Source of the DNA: an uncultured delta proteobacterium
GTDB taxonomy: Bacteria; Myxococcota; Myxococcia; SLRQ01
DNA length: 64,000 nucleotides
Reading direction: 5' to 3'
Assembly: GCA_963727485.1 (NCBI GenBank)
Contig: CAVSGM010000002.1
Location: 198,854 to 262,853, forward strand
Positions 16,101 through 27,954 of this stretch are shown here, one piece after another. Under the pieces are notes generated by a model that was not told where the DNA came from, searched no databases, and saw nothing but the letters and a program-made list of their open reading frames with translations. The translations under genes were made by a program, and so were the position numbers. Every line of letters begins with the position of its first letter. Position 1 is the stretch's first letter.

Positions 16101-16739
16101 GTGTTCATCGACATGCACAAGGAGGGCGCCGCCTTCCGGAGCCTGATGAACTCCTTCGCCATCGCCGTGAGCCTCGGCCTCCAGTACGGCGTGCCCCTCG
16201 AGGAGTTCGTCGAGGCCTTCGTCTTCAGCCGCTTCGAGCCCAACGGCATCGTCGAGGGCAACGACCGGATCAAGATGGCCACCAGCGTCATCGACTACAT
16301 CTTCCGGGAGCTGGCGGTGACCTACCTCGGGCGCAACGACCTGGCCCACGTCCAGGAGGAGGACCTGCGCCACGACGCCATCCACCGCGCCGAGGCCGAG
16401 CCCGAATACGAGGAGGAGGTCGTCCTCGAGGCGGGCGGGGCCCCGATCCCCATCCGCCACGCCCGGGCCTCCGAGGTCGTCGCCAGCGCGGTGGCCGGCG
16501 GGGCCACCCAGGTGGCGGCCGCGGGGAGCCAGGTGGCGGCCGGGGGGAGCCAGGTCCGGGCCGTCTCCGGGGGCCGGCGCGTGGCACCTCGGGGCGGCCA
16601 GCGCCTGGACGCCATCGCCGTGGCCCGGGCCCAGGGCTACGAAGGCGAGCCCTGCTCCGAGTGTGGCCAGATGACCATGGTCCGCAACGGCACCTGCCTC
16701 AAGTGCGTGAGCTGCGGCTCGACCTCGGGCTGCAGCTGA
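13119..16739 (+). CDS. nrdJ: Vitamin B12-dependent (class II) ribonucleotide reductase
   Basis: 1206-aa ORF; [21 protein letters not shown]...[21 protein letters not shown]...; C-terminal CSECGQ...CLKCVSCG zinc-finger tail; RBS GGAGG. Confidence 0.9.
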   Translation: MRITRRFTVEGGSPYDAFEFVARTSEIRDPGGKVVFRAEDVLVPEHWSQVATDILAQKYLRKAGVPAVVKPVAEKGVPRWLQRRAPDAKALEALPEAERLGPERDARQAFDRLAGTWTYWGHKHGYFDGEDDAQAFYDELRWMLARQMCAPNSPQWFNTGLHWAYGIDGPPQGHWYADPKTGELKRSESAYEHPQPHACFIQSVGDDLVSEGGIMDLWTREARLFKYGSGTGTNFSALRGEGEPLSGGGRSSGLMSFLKIGDRAAGAIKSGGTTRRAAKMVCLDLDHPDIEQFVDWKVNEEQKVAALVAGSKACSVNLTAVMAACHTDTVAGDDRFDPEANAVLKDAVRAARKAYVPAAYIQRCIQLARQGFSGVEFPVYDTDWQSEAYVTVAGQNSNNSVRIPDAFMKAVLEDGKWVLTRRTDGKAAKTLEARDLWERIASAAWSCADPGLQFDSTINAWHTCRPDGRIKASNPCSEYMFLDDTACNLASVNLMTLVDAEGNFDVEGFRHAIEVWTVVLEVSVLMAQYPSRAIAERSYWYRTLGLGYANLGAVLMRLGLPYDSDAGRAFCGAVSAVLTGTAYATSARMAAELGAFPRYDDNAEAMLRVIRNHRRAAYAAADADYEDLEVPPVGLDARRAPKALLSAARNAWDEALELGEAHGFRNAQATVIAPTGTIGLVMDCDTTGIEPDFALVKFKKLAGGGYFKIINQSVPPALTRLGYSDAQVADIVAYVKGTGTLKGAPGVSQAALKEKGFTDADLARVDQALASAFDITFAFNRWTLGDALVTGRLGVPEDELARPDFDLLAWLGFEAEDVRAASDHACGTMTIEGAPHLDEAHLPIFDCANRCGRYGKRFIAADAHIKMMSVAQPFISGAISKTINMPAEASVEDVKHGYLLSWRLGLKAIALYRDGSKLSQPLSATWALEDVDDEALPVAAVASPEEAAERIVLRYLARRHRLPHRRGGYTQKAIVGAHKVYLRTGEYQDGQLGEVFIDMHKEGAAFRSLMNSFAIAVSLGLQYGVPLEEFVEAFVFSRFEPNGIVEGNDRIKMATSVIDYIFRELAVTYLGRNDLAHVQEEDLRHDAIHRAEAEPEYEEEVVLEAGGAPIPIRHARASEVVASAVAGGATQVAAAGSQVAAGGSQVRAVSGGRRVAPRGGQRLDAIAVARAQGYEGEPCSECGQMTMVRNGTCLKCVSCGSTSGCS

Positions 16740-16813
16740 CGCGCGCCGGTCGTCTCCACCGGTCGCCGGGCGCCGTTGCGACCTGGCGACCGGTGCACTA
16801 GCATCCGCCGCCC

Positions 16814-17612
16814 ATGGCCGACGACAGACCCCGGATCCGCGTGGAGCGCCGCCACCAGGGCAAGGTCGCCCTGGTGGTCGTCGATTGCCCCGAGGTCCAC
16901 AACGCCCTGGACCTGGCGGCCATGGACCAGCTCGCCGCCGCGGTCGCCGGGCTCGGCCGGGACGGCGACCTGTTGGCGGTGGTGGTCACCGGCGCCGGCG
17001 AGAAGGCCTTCGTCTCCGGGGGTGATTCTCAAGGACCTCCACGGGGTCCGGGAGCACGCCGCCGCCCTGCGCATGGCCGAGACCATGGGCGGGGCGCTCG
17101 CGGGCCTCTCGGCCCTCCCGGTGCCGGTCATCGCCGCGGTCAACGGCCACGCCTTCGGCGGCGGGTGCGAGCTCGCCGTGGCCTGCGACTACCGGATCGC
17201 CGGCGACCACGTGCGCTTCGGGTTCCGGGCGGTGAAGTTCGGGGTCATGGGCGGGTGGGGCGGCACCACCCGGCTCCTGCGGATCATCGGCCGCTCCCGG
17301 GCGCTGAAGCTCCTGGTCACCGGCGAGGACCTCGACGCCGCCACCGCCCTGGACATCGGCCTCGTCGACGAGGTGGTCCCCCAGGGCGCGGTCCTCGAGC
17401 GGGCGCTGGCCTTCGCCTCGGAGATTGCCGCCGGCTCGCCGCTGGCGGTCAGGGCCACCAAGGAGGCCCTCCACGCCGCCGAGGACCTCGACTTCGACGA
17501 CGCCCGGGCCCTGGAGGCCGAGCGCTTCGCCGAGACCTGGGTGAGCGAGGACCACGCCGAGGCCCTGGCCGCCTTCCGCGCCGGAAGGCCCCCGAAGTGG
17601 CGGGGGCGGTGA
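16814..17612 (+). CDS. Enoyl-CoA hydratase/isomerase (crotonase) family protein, frame change near 17025-17040
   Basis: N-term KVALVVVDCPEVHNALD...VVTGAGEKAFVSGGD in ORF 16814 frame; continuation LKDLHGV...AAVNGHAFGGGCELAVACDYRIA... in ORF 16776..17612 frame; sequence reads ggtgattctc where ggtgatctc is expected. Confidence 0.8.
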
Positions 17613-18241
17613 TGGCGAGGCGGGGACGCTTCATCGCCCTCGAGGGCCTCGACGGGGCCGGGACCACCACCCAGGCCGCCCTCCTCGTCGAGCGGCTCCG
17701 GGCCGCGGGCCGGGAGGCCCACCTCACCCGGGAGCCCTCCGACGGCCCCCTGGGGGTGCTCATCCGCCAGATCCTCAAGGGGCGCCTGGTCGCCGCCGGG
17801 GCCCAGCCGGTGGACGCCGCGGCGGTGGCGCTCCTCTTCGCCGCCGACCGCCTGGAGCACCTCCAGAGCGAGATTGTCCCCCGCCTCGCCGCCGGGGTGG
17901 ACGTGGTCTCGGACCGGTACCTGGCAAGCTCGCTGGCCTACCAGGGCGCCGAGCTCGACCTCGCCTGGGTCGCCGGGATCAACGCCCGGGCCCGGGCCCC
18001 GGACGTCACCGTCTTCCTCGAGGTCACGCCCAGGGTGGCCGCCGCCCGGCGCACCGCCCGGGGCCAGGACGCCGAGCGCTTCGAGGCCACGGCCCTCCAG
18101 CGGAAGATCCACCGCACCTACGAGAAGGTGCTGGCGGCCGGCGAGGGGGTGGGGCGCCTGGTGCGGATCGACGGCGCCCTCGACGTCGACGCCGTCGCCG
18201 AGGCGGTGTGGGCGGGGGTGAAGCCCGGCAGGGGTCGGTGA
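17612..18241 (+). CDS. tmk: Thymidylate kinase
   Basis: MARRGRFIALEGLDGAGTTTQAALLVERL...DRYLASSLAYQG; start overlaps the crotonase stop. Confidence 0.85.
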   Translation: MARRGRFIALEGLDGAGTTTQAALLVERLRAAGREAHLTREPSDGPLGVLIRQILKGRLVAAGAQPVDAAAVALLFAADRLEHLQSEIVPRLAAGVDVVSDRYLASSLAYQGAELDLAWVAGINARARAPDVTVFLEVTPRVAAARRTARGQDAERFEATALQRKIHRTYEKVLAAGEGVGRLVRIDGALDVDAVAEAVWAGVKPGRGR

Positions 18242-18258
18242 TCCGCGCCGGTTGCGCT

Positions 18259-19666
18259 ATGCTCCCGCGGATGCGCCGATTCGCACTGCTGGCTGTCGCC
18301 CCGATCCTCGTCCTCGCTGCCTGCGGCCCCGTGCCGCCCGGGGGCGGTACCGACGGAGGCACGCCCGCCGCCCAGGTCGATCCCCGAATCCAGGCGCTGT
18401 GGGATCACCCGGCGGCCTGCGGGATGGCCGACTACCACTGGCTCCACGATCCCCGCATCGGCACGGTGGTGGGCTACCAGCCGGCGAACCCCGACCACAT
18501 CAGCACCAGTGACCTGGAGTCGGTGCTCGGGCAGGTCGGCTTCAAGGTCGGCCGGCCCTTCGACTACGACGTGAAGATCTACCGCTACCGGTACTGGACC
18601 CAGGACCGCGGGCAGATGGTCCAGGCCACCGGGCTCTTCGCCGTGCCCCAGGTGGGCGGGAACGCCGACCAGGCGTTCCCCATGGTCCTCTACCTCCACG
18701 GGACCTCGGGCTTCAACGACGACTGCGCCCCCTCCCGGGATCTCCTCGGGGGCGTTGCAGGTCGCGGCCCTGGCGTCCTTCGGGTACGTCGTCAGCGCCC
18801 CCGACTACCTGGGGATGGACGGCTGGGGCGCCCCCTCGACCCAGATGCACCCCTACCTGGTCGCCGAGCCCACGGCCATCGCCAGCCTCGACGCCCTCCG
18901 GGCGGGCCGGCGGATGCTCCAGATGGGCCTCGGGGGCAAGGCCACCGCCGTGCCCCACAAGTACATGATCCTCGGCGGCTCCCAGGGGGGCCACGCGGCG
19001 CTGTTCACCTCCCGGTACTCGCCCTACTACGCGCCGGAGGAGAAGCTCGTCGCCGTCGCCGCCTCGGTGCCCCCCGCCGACCTCGTCGACGAGGCGGCGC
19101 GCGCGGCCCAGCAGCTGGTGTCCGCCTCGGGCAACACCGCGGCGGCCATCGTGGGCTACTCGGACTGGTACGGCCTGGACATCTCCAGCGCCCTGATGCC
19201 CCCCTACGACACCGAGCTGCCCCCGGCGATGTCCCACGGCTGCCAGCTCTCGGGCATCGATCCCGTCCCCACCTCGGTGGACCAGGTCTTCACCCAGGGC
19301 TTCCGCGACGCCGCCGCCGCGGGCTTCCCCGACACCCCCGACGACACCTGGGGCTGCCTGCTCCGGCAGAACAGCCTCACCTCCACGCCCATCGCCCGCC
19401 TCCAGACCGTCCCCACCTTCTGGGAGCTCTCCGAGGACGACACCCTGGTGAACACGCCCATCGAGCAGAAGAGCTTCGACACCCTCTGCGCCCAGGGCAT
19501 GAAGATCCAGTACCTGGAGTGCGCCGGGGTGGGGCACACCGGCGGCGCCATCGGCTCCATCGCCGAGCAGACCCACTTCCTCGACGACCGGTGGGCCGGC
19601 AAGCCCTGGCCCGCGGCCGACATCTGCCACCGGACCGCCCCGGTGGTCTGCTCCGGGAACAAGTAG
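18259..19666 (+). CDS. Secreted lipoprotein, alpha/beta-hydrolase (lipase/esterase-like), frame change near 18735-18757
   Basis: Lipoprotein signal MRRFALLAVAPILVLAACG; N-term in ORF 18208 frame, remainder in ORF 18755..19666 with GGSQGGHAA nucleophile-elbow-like motif. Confidence 0.6.
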
Positions 19667-19692
19667 GGCGCGGGGCCGGGGGCGACCGGGCC

Positions 19693-20214
19693 TCAGGGCC
19701 CGGCGCGGAGGGCGGGCAGCGCCGCCGCGCCGGCGTGCGCGAACCGGGCGCAGGCGGACTGCCTCGGCGCCAGGCGCACCAGGAGCAGGAGGCACCCGGC
19801 GGCGATGGCCAGGTTTGGCCAGTGCCCCTGCACCGCGTAGACCACCGCGTCGAAGGCCCCCGCGGCGAAGATCAGGCCCCAGGGGATCGAGAGCCGCGCC
19901 CCGTAGGCGAGGACCAGCCGCGCGCCATCGCCGAGCTCCGGGGCGCCGGCGGGCCAGGTGCCATGGGCGATCTTGTAGAGGAGCCCGCGGCGGTAGGGCC
20001 CCCACACCAGGGCGGCGGTGAACAGGAAGGTCGCCGCCACCACCACGCCCGCGGGGACGATGAGGCCGATCTTGGGGTTGGCGGCCGGGGGCGCGAGGGC
20101 CTGGAGGGCGCCGGCGGCGGCGACCCCGACCCCGAGGAGGCCGGTGAGGATGCCATGGCGCCACCGCTGGCGCGGCGGGACCCGGACGGTCGGCAGTGGG
20201 GTGGGATCGGCCAT
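19693..20214 (-). CDS. Small integral membrane protein (hypothetical)
   Basis: Internal Met (codon 198) of ORF 19693..20805: MADPTPLPTV...GLLGVGVAAAGALQALA...IVPAGVVVAATFLFTAALVWG...; hydrophobic segments. The upstream part of the ORF is GC-frame read-through. Confidence 0.5.
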   Translation of the reverse strand: MADPTPLPTVRVPPRQRWRHGILTGLLGVGVAAAGALQALAPPAANPKIGLIVPAGVVVAATFLFTAALVWGPYRRGLLYKIAHGTWPAGAPELGDGARLVLAYGARLSIPWGLIFAAGAFDAVVYAVQGHWPNLAIAAGCLLLLVRLAPRQSACARFAHAGAAALPALRAGP

Positions 20215-20326
20215 GAAGCTCGCGGCGCGGCAGGGTAGCACTTCCGACCGGGCGGCACCCGATGGTTTCGAGGCGGGCTGCCTGCTACCATCAGATTTTG
20301 CCCGGGGCGACCCCGCGTCGAATCGC

Positions 20327-21898
20327 ATGATCGATTTCGCACGGTTCGAAGACCTCCACATCGTCCGGAAGATTCGCGAGAAGATCCGGGGGTGGTGGAA
20401 CATCGAGCTCTCGTATGCCGACGAGAGCGGGTACGTCCTCGACCACGCCCAGGGGAAGATCGTTCCGCCCCACAACGACCTCTGCCAGGGATCCCTGGGG
20501 CACCGCGAGGGCTTCCAGCGGTGCAACACCTCGGTGGAGCGGGCCATCGCCCAGATCCGCGGCGAGACCGAGATCCGGGCCCGGGTGGTCCAGACCTGCC
20601 ACCTGGCCTTCCCCCTGGTCCTGGTGCCGGTGGTCGATGACCTGGGGGTGTTCCACGGCGCCATCTTCGCCGGGGGCTTCCTCATCGACGACGAGGTCGA
20701 CGACCGGCGCCGGCGCATCCTCGACGAGACCGCCCGCCAGGGGCTCCCGGTGGCCGATCCCGACCAGGCCTTCGCCGGGATCCCGGTGATCCGGCGCCGC
20801 GACATGGACTACTTCTGCGACCTCCTCGAGACCACCGTCGAGGAGATCGTCGAGTTCAACAAGGCCCTGCGCGAGCGCGAGACCCGCATCGAGGCCCTCA
20901 CCGGCGAGCTCGAGGGGCGCTACCGGTTCGGCAACATCGTGGGCAAGTCCCCGGCGATGCGCCGGCTCTTCTCGCTGCTGGAGAAGGTGGTGCAGTCGGA
21001 CAGCACCATCCTGGTCACCGGGGCGAACGGCACCGGCAAGGAGCTCATCGCCCGGGCGCTCCACTACAACGGGCCGCGGGCCCGGGGCCCCTTCGTGGTC
21101 CAGAACTGCTCGGCGCTCAACGACAACCTCCTGGAGAGCGAGCTCTTCGGCCACGTGAAGGGCGCGTTCACCGGCGCCACCCGGGACAAGCAGGGCCTGT
21201 TCAAGGTGGCCGACGGGGGCACCTTCTTCCTCGACGAGGTCGGGGACATGTCCATGGCCATGCAGGTCAAGCTCCTCCGGGTCCTCCAGGAGGGCACCTT
21301 CATCCCCGTGGGCGGGACCGGCGCGGTGAAGGTCGACGTCCGCATCATCACCGCCACCAACCGCGACCTGAAGCAGATGGTCGAGCGCCGGGAGTTCCGC
21401 GAGGACCTCTACTACCGCCTCAACGTCATCAACGTGGAGGTGCCCCCCCTCCGGGACCGCAAGGAGGACCTGCCGCTCCTGGTGGCCCACTTCCTGGAGC
21501 AGCACGTCGACGGCCGGGGGCCCAAGCGCCTGGCCTCCGAGATCATGGCCCGGTTCTACGCCTACGACTGGCCCGGGAACGTCCGGGAGCTGGAGAACGA
21601 GATTGAGCGGCTGGTGGTCCTCTCCGGCGAGGGCGAGCTCATCGACGAGGGGGTCCTCGACGTGGCCACGCGCCCCTACCCGGAGGCGGCGAACCCGGCG
21701 CGCCTCGCCGGGAAGGGAGACCTCGCCAGCGCGGTTGCGGCCCTGGAGCGCGAGATGATCCGCGAGGGGCTGGTCGCCACCCACTGGAACAAGACGCGAC
21801 TGGCCGAGCGCCTCGGGGTCTCGCGCACTACGCTCATCAAGAAGATCAAGGAGTACGGCCTCGAGGAGCGGGGGAACCCGCTGGCCGAGGGGCACTGA
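20327..21898 (+). CDS. Sigma-54-dependent transcriptional activator with a non-receiver N-terminal Cys/His-containing sensory domain
   Basis: MIDFARFEDL...; AAA+ core GKSPAM...TGANGTGKEL...GAFTGA...GTFFLDEVGDM...ESELFGH...; C-terminal HTH; N-terminal about 190 aa has no receiver Asp motif. Confidence 0.85.
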   Translation: MIDFARFEDLHIVRKIREKIRGWWNIELSYADESGYVLDHAQGKIVPPHNDLCQGSLGHREGFQRCNTSVERAIAQIRGETEIRARVVQTCHLAFPLVLVPVVDDLGVFHGAIFAGGFLIDDEVDDRRRRILDETARQGLPVADPDQAFAGIPVIRRRDMDYFCDLLETTVEEIVEFNKALRERETRIEALTGELEGRYRFGNIVGKSPAMRRLFSLLEKVVQSDSTILVTGANGTGKELIARALHYNGPRARGPFVVQNCSALNDNLLESELFGHVKGAFTGATRDKQGLFKVADGGTFFLDEVGDMSMAMQVKLLRVLQEGTFIPVGGTGAVKVDVRIITATNRDLKQMVERREFREDLYYRLNVINVEVPPLRDRKEDLPLLVAHFLEQHVDGRGPKRLASEIMARFYAYDWPGNVRELENEIERLVVLSGEGELIDEGVLDVATRPYPEAANPARLAGKGDLASAVAALEREMIREGLVATHWNKTRLAERLGVSRTTLIKKIKEYGLEERGNPLAEGH

Positions 21899-21902
21899 CG
21901 CC

Positions 21903-22679
21903 ATGGCTGGCCACGATCCCCGCACCCCCACCGCCGGCGCGGTCATCATCGGCAACGAGGTCCTCTCGGGGAAGGTCCGCGACGCCAACACCCCGTTCCT
22001 CGTCGACACCCTCCGGAGCCTGGGGGTGGCGCTCAAGCGGGTGAGCATCGTCCCCGACGAGTGCGACGCGGTGGTCGAGGCGGTGGCCAGCGCCCACGAC
22101 GCCTTCGACCACGTGTTCACCTCCGGCGGCGTCGGCCCCACCCACGACGACATCACCATCGCCTGCGTCGCCTCGGCCCTCGGCCGTCCGGTGATCCGCG
22201 ACCGCGGCCTCGAGGCCCAGCTCCGCCGCCTCTTCGGCGAGCGCCTCAAGGAGGCGCACCTGCGCATGGCCGACGTCCCCGAGGGCACCGAGCTCATCAC
22301 CGGCCCGGGGGTGACCGTCCCGGTGATGAAGGTGGAGAACATCTTCATCCTCCCCGGGGTCCCGGACCTCTTCCAGGAGAAGGTCCTGGCCATCGCCGAC
22401 CGCCTCGCCGGGACGCCCTACCACGTGCGCTACGTCTACGTGACCCTGGGCGAGGGGACCCTGGCGCCGATCCTCGACGCGCTGGTCTCGCGCTTCCCCG
22501 ACGTGGACGTGGGCAGCTACCCGCGCTTCGACGCCGCCGACTACCGGGTGCGCGTCACCCTCGAGTCCAAGGACCCGGCGCGGACCACCGCCGCCACCGA
22601 GGCGCTCCTGGGGCGCCTGCCCTCCGAGCGGGTGGTGCGGGTCGAGGACCCCCAGGCGACCGCCGCCGACGTCGCCTGA
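21903..22679 (+). CDS. Molybdopterin-binding (MoCF-biosynthesis/CinA N-terminal-like) domain protein
   Basis: AGAVIIGNEVLSGKVRDANTPFL...FTSGGVGPTHDDIT motif typical of MogA/MoaB/CinA-type domains. Confidence 0.75.
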   Translation: MAGHDPRTPTAGAVIIGNEVLSGKVRDANTPFLVDTLRSLGVALKRVSIVPDECDAVVEAVASAHDAFDHVFTSGGVGPTHDDITIACVASALGRPVIRDRGLEAQLRRLFGERLKEAHLRMADVPEGTELITGPGVTVPVMKVENIFILPGVPDLFQEKVLAIADRLAGTPYHVRYVYVTLGEGTLAPILDALVSRFPDVDVGSYPRFDAADYRVRVTLESKDPARTTAATEALLGRLPSERVVRVEDPQATAADVA

Positions 22680-25600
22680 TCAGGCGATGGTCAGCGCCAG
22701 CTTCTGCCGGAGCCGGAAGAACTCCTCGCTGACGGCGAAGCGCACCAGGGCGCCGATTCTCGGGCACCGCCGCCAGGGCCTCCGCCGGCCGCTCGGGCTG
22801 CCGATGGCCATGCTCGGCGGCCACCAGCCGCAGCGAGGCGTCGAGGTCGCCGGAGAGGAGCAGGCCCGCCCGGTCGAGGCTCCGGCGCACCCCGGTGACG
22901 AAGGCCTCCAGGTGGTCGGGGGTGGCGCCGGCGACCTGGCCGGCGATCCCCTCCAGGGCCTTGCGCGCCTTCCGGGACATGGACTTGGCGCAGCGCTTGG
23001 AGAGCTCGGCGTCCGGCGGCGCCAGCTTCGCGGTCCCCGGCGCCGCGGCGTCGAGGCACCCCTGGAGGGTCGAGGCGAGGACCGGCGGGTCGAGGGCGAG
23101 GCAGAGGGCGGTGCCGGTGCGGACCTGGGCCATGAGCCGGGTGAAGAGGAAGCGCTGCTCCTTCATCGGGTGGCGGCGCACCACGTCGCTGCTCACCACC
23201 ACCGCCGGCGGGTCCCCGGCCATGACCTCCAGGGCGGTGGCGGCGCGCTCGGCCCGGTAGAGGTCGAAGCTGCCCCCACCGAGGGCGGCGAGGAGCCCGT
23301 CGCAGACCCGGCGCAGGGGGGAGTTGTCCTTGGGCGAGAGGCGGTCCCCCTTGCCCAGCCCGTAGCGGTCGAGGTCTTGGGGGTGGACCTTGCCGAGCTG
23401 GTCACCGACGACGGCCATGACCTCGGCGAAGGGGCCCCGGGCGGCGGGGTCGAGGAGCATCGCCTGGTCGCTCTCTTCGAGGGCGCCGGTGGTGTCCTGG
23501 GGCGCGTGCCCGCGGTTCTCGCTGAAGAAGAAGGCCTCGTCCTGGTCGCAGGCCCCGAGGAAGTGGAGCACCGCCGCCACGCAGAACGCCTTGTCGAAGG
23601 CCTTCTGGCTCTCGAAGAGGCGGTAGAGGGCGTGGTGGCTCTCCACCCGGAGCGGCTGCCGGGCGAGGATCTCCCGGTGCTCGTCGATGGCCAGCGCCAC
23701 GGTCTCGCCGTTGCCGGCGTAGAGGTCGGCGAGGGCGATGCGGGGGCCGAGCTCGTCGGGGCGGAGCTGGAGGGCCGCCCGGTAGGCCTGCATCGCCTTG
23801 GGGACGTCCTGGTTCACCCGGAGCTGGATCTCGGCGCTGCGGACGTGGAGGGGGTAGGCCCGGCCGCGCTCGGCCTCGGGGAGGAGCCCGATGAACGCGG
23901 CGTAGGTCTCCACCACCTTGTCCCAGGCCTGGGCCTGCTCGTAGAGGCGGCCGAGGCGCTCCACCGCCGGGACGTTGTGGGGGTCGAGGCGCCGGACCGC
24001 CTCGAGGGCCTGCATCGCCGCCTGGGGATCCTGGCGCCGGTCCGCGTGGAGGCCGGCGAGCTCGAGGAGGAGGGCGACCTGGGCCTCGGGCTCGGGGGTG
24101 ACCTGGGCCAGCCGGGTGAGGCTGGTGACCGCCCCCGCCCAGTTCTCCGCCGCGGTCTGGAGATCGGCGAGGCGCCGGAGGGCCTCCGGCTGGTCCGGGT
24201 GGGTGGCGAGGACGTCCTGGAGGAAGGCGGTGGCCCGCTGGGGGTCGCCGAGGGGCCCCTGGAAGAGGATGGCCAGGCGCAGGCGGGGGTGGGCCAGATC
24301 GTCGGGCTGGCCTCCGAGCTCGAGGCGGCGCTGGTACCACCCGGCGGCCCGCGAGGCGTCCTCGAGGCCGTAGGCGAGGTCCGCGGCCCGGGCCACCGCG
24401 GCCGGGGCGTTGGGGGCGGCGTCGATGGCCGCCTCCACCGCGGCGAGGGCTCGGGCGGGGTCCTGGAGGCGCTGCTCGTAGAGGTCGGCGGCGGCGAGGC
24501 AGGCGGCGGCGCGGTCGGCGGGATCGCGGAGGTGGCCCGCCCGGTCGAGCCAGGCCCCGGCGACCTCTGCGTGGCGGTCGGCGGCGGTGAGGAGGCGGCA
24601 GAGCCCCTCGAACGCCCGCGGCTCCACCGGGTCGCGCGCCAGGACCTTGCGGTAGCTCTCCAGGGCGCCCTCGGTGTCGCCGAGGTGCTGCTCCCGGAGG
24701 ACCCCGGACTCGTAGAGGAGGCCCACGGATCGGGCCGGGTCCCTGGCGGCCTCGCCCTCGCGGACCAGGAGCGACTGGACCTCGTCCCAGCGGCCGGCGG
24801 TCATCAGCACCGACTTGAGGCCCCGGAGGGCCGGGAGGAAGCCGCCGTCGGCCTCGAGGGCGGCGCGGTAGGCGGCCTCGGCGGCGGCGAGGTCCCCGAG
24901 GAGGGCCGCGGTCTCGGCGACCCCCATCGCCGCCGCGAGCCGTGAGCCCGGGTCGGCGGCGGCCTCGAGCTGGGCGCGGTAGAGGGTGAGGAGCGAGGCG
25001 AGGTCGCCGGCCTTCCGCCGGGCGAGCTCGGTGCGCCGGGCGGCGGCGTCGTTGTCCGGGGTCAGCGCCAGGAGCTTCGCCCAGTCGGAGTCCGCGGGAT
25101 CCGGCGGGTCCTGGAGGTGCTCCCGGGCCAGGGCCGCGGTCTCCACCAGGCCCGCGGCGGTGGCCCCGCCCGCGGCGTCGGCGAGGGCCTCCACGTCGGC
25201 GGCGGCCGCCCCGTGGGCGCCGGTGGCGGCGTGGAGCCGGGCCAGGGCCAGGCGGCTCACGGTGTCGGCGGGGTCGGCGGCGATGACCGCCTCGAGGCAC
25301 TGGATGGCCCGGGGCGGGTCGTCGAGGCGGTCGAGATAGAGGTGGGCCAGGGACCGGTAGACCGACGGGCGGGTGGCCGGTGGCGCCGCGGCGAGGGTGC
25401 GCTCGTAGACCTTGGCGAGCTCCCGCCAGGCGCCGGCCCGGGCGTAGAGCCGGGCGAGGCCCTCGAGGGCCCCGGCGTCCGCGGGCTGGGCGTCGAGGGC
25501 CTCGACGTAGAGCTCGGCGGCCTGGTCCGGCCGCCCCGAGCGGCCCGCCCGGACCTCGGCGGCGCGGGAGAGGATCCGTGCGCGCTCGGCGGGCTCGCTG

Positions 25601-27849
25601 ACCACCTCGGCCTCCCGGCGGAGCACGTCGACCACCGGGTCCCACTCCCCACGCCGGGCGTGGAGGCGCTGGAGGGCCCGGAGGGCGGGGAGGGCGTCGG
25701 GGCGCTCGTCGAGGACGGCGCGGTAGGTGCGGATGGCCTCGCCCTCGTCGAGGAGCTGCCCCTCGAAGAGGCCGCCCATCTTGAGGAGGAGGGCCACGCG
25801 GTGGGAGGTGTTCTCGGTGACCTCGAGCTCCCGCCGGTACATCTCCACCAGCTCCCCCCACCGGCCCTTCTGGAAGTAGAGCTTCCCCAGGGCCTTGAGG
25901 GCCGGGAGGTAGGCGGGCTGGAGCACCAGGACCTTGCGCCAGGCCTCGATGGCCGCGTCCCGGTCGCCGATGCGGCGCTCCAGGAGCTCGGCGACCTCGT
26001 GGAGCAGGGCCACCACCCGGCGCTGGTCGTCGACCAGCTCGGACTCGCGCTCGGTGAGGCGGACCAGCTCGTCCCAGCGCTCGAGGCCCCGGTTGAGGCG
26101 CTGGAGCTGGCGTACCGCCGGCAGGTGCTCCGGGCGCACCTCGAGGACCCGCTGGTAGGTGGCGATGGCCGCCTCCCGGTCGCCCTGGCGCTCCTCCTGG
26201 AGGCGCGCGATCTGGTCGAGGAGGTGGATTTGCTGGTCGACGTCCTCCCCGGCCTCGGTGAGCTCGAGCTCGTGGAGGGCGATGAGGTCGGCGAAGCGCC
26301 CGGTGGCCTCGTAGAGGCGGTTGAGGCTCTGGAGCGCCGGGAGGTAGCCGGCGCGGATCTCGAGGATGCGCCGGAGGGTCTCGATGGCCGCCTCGGGCTG
26401 CGCCAGCTGCGCCTCCTGGACCTCGGCGATCTTGAACAGGCGCATGGCCTGCTGCTTGGGATCGGTGGCCGCCGCCAGCTCCTGCTCGAAGGTCCAGATG
26501 AGGTCGTCCCAGCGCTCGGCGCGGAAGTAGAGCTTGCCCAGGGCCGAGAGGGCGTCGGGGGAGCCCGGGCGGGCCTGGAGCATCTGGCGGTAGGCGGCGG
26601 CGGCGTCGTCGGCGCGGTGGAGGCGCTCGTCGAGGAGCTGGCCGAGCTGGTGCCACACCTCGCCGAGGGTGTGGGGATCGATGACCCGCCCGGAGAGGTC
26701 CTGGAGGATGCCGACCAGGTCGTCCCAGCGCTCGTAGGCCTCGTAGGCCGGGGCGAGCTCCTGGAGGACGGCGACGGCGTCGGGGGCGAGCTGGCGGGCC
26801 TTCTCCAGGAGCGCCACGGCGTGCTCGGGGCTCCCCAGGCGTTCCCGGGCCACCTGGGCGGCGTGTCGCAGGGTCGCCGCGGCCTTGCCGGCGTTCTCGG
26901 TGGCCTCGGCCTCCGCCTCGAGGATCCCCACCAGGGCCTTGGCGTCGCCGGCGGCGTCGTGGAGGCGCTCGAGGGCCAGGAGCGGCACCGGGTGGGCGGG
27001 GTCGACCTGGTGCGCCTGCTCGTAGAGGGCCCGGGCCTCGTCGGCCTGGCCGAGGCGGTCGGCGTGGAGGCCGGCGGCGGCGCAGAGGAGGGCGAGCTTC
27101 AGGGCCGGGGCGCCCTCCGCGGCGTTGGCCAGCGCCTGGTAGCGCGCGGCGAGGGCGGCGTGGTCGCCCTCGCGGGCGGCGACCTGGGCCAGGTAGACCG
27201 AGGCGGCGCGCCCCTCGGGATCGAGGCGCTCGACCTCGGCGAGGATGGGGAGGGCGTCGACGGGCTTGCCCAGGCGGTCGTGGAGGAGCACCGCGCGCTC
27301 GAAGAGGAGCTGGGCCCGCTTCCTTGGGGCCGGGTCGGCGTCGGCCTCGGCCTGGAGGAGCTGGGCGACCATGGCCCAGTTGCCCACGCCGGTGAACAGG
27401 CGCCTGGCGGCGCGGAGGTTCGGGCGGTAGGTGGCGTCGGCCTTGAACGCCGACTGGTAGCAGACCGCGGCCTCCCGGGGCTTGTCGAGCCAGGCCTCGA
27501 AGACCTGGCCGGCGGCGTGCCACAGCCGCGCGGCCGCCGGGTCCCCGGCCCGGGCCTGGGCCTCACGGCGGTAGCTCTCGGCGAGGTCCTCCCAGCTCCC
27601 GCCCTCGAGGAGGATCGAGGCGTCGGGGCCCGGGTCAGCGGCGTCGGTGGGGCCGTCGGCGCCGTCGGGCGCGGGGGGGGGCGCCGCCTCGGTGGGCCCA
27701 TCCCCGGCCGCGGCCACGGGGGGCACGCCATCGGCCGCCGCCCCGGGCTGGGGCGGTGACTGGGGACCGTTGTCGAAGAACGACGCCTCGAGGGGGTTGT
27801 CGGCCGGGCTCCCGCCCTCGCCCGGAGCCTTGGGCTCACCTGCCATGTG
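22680..27849 (-). CDS. Very large TPR-repeat protein (about 1720 aa), C-terminal frame change near 22750
   Basis: ORF 22555..27897; start at second Met [11 protein letters not shown] after GGGGAGG; dozens of TPR-like units (...ALYEQA...DPAH..., ...AYRRVLE..RP....AL..L..LY...). True C-terminus ...[26 protein letters not shown] is in an adjacent frame ending about 22680. Confidence 0.75.
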
Positions 27850-27954
27850 GCCTCCCCAGGTGGCCGCGGGGCCACCCATCACAGGCCACGGTAGCATCCC
27901 CCCCGGGGCCGGTACAACGTCCCGTCCCGACGGAGGAAAGCGGTCCCCGGGGGA

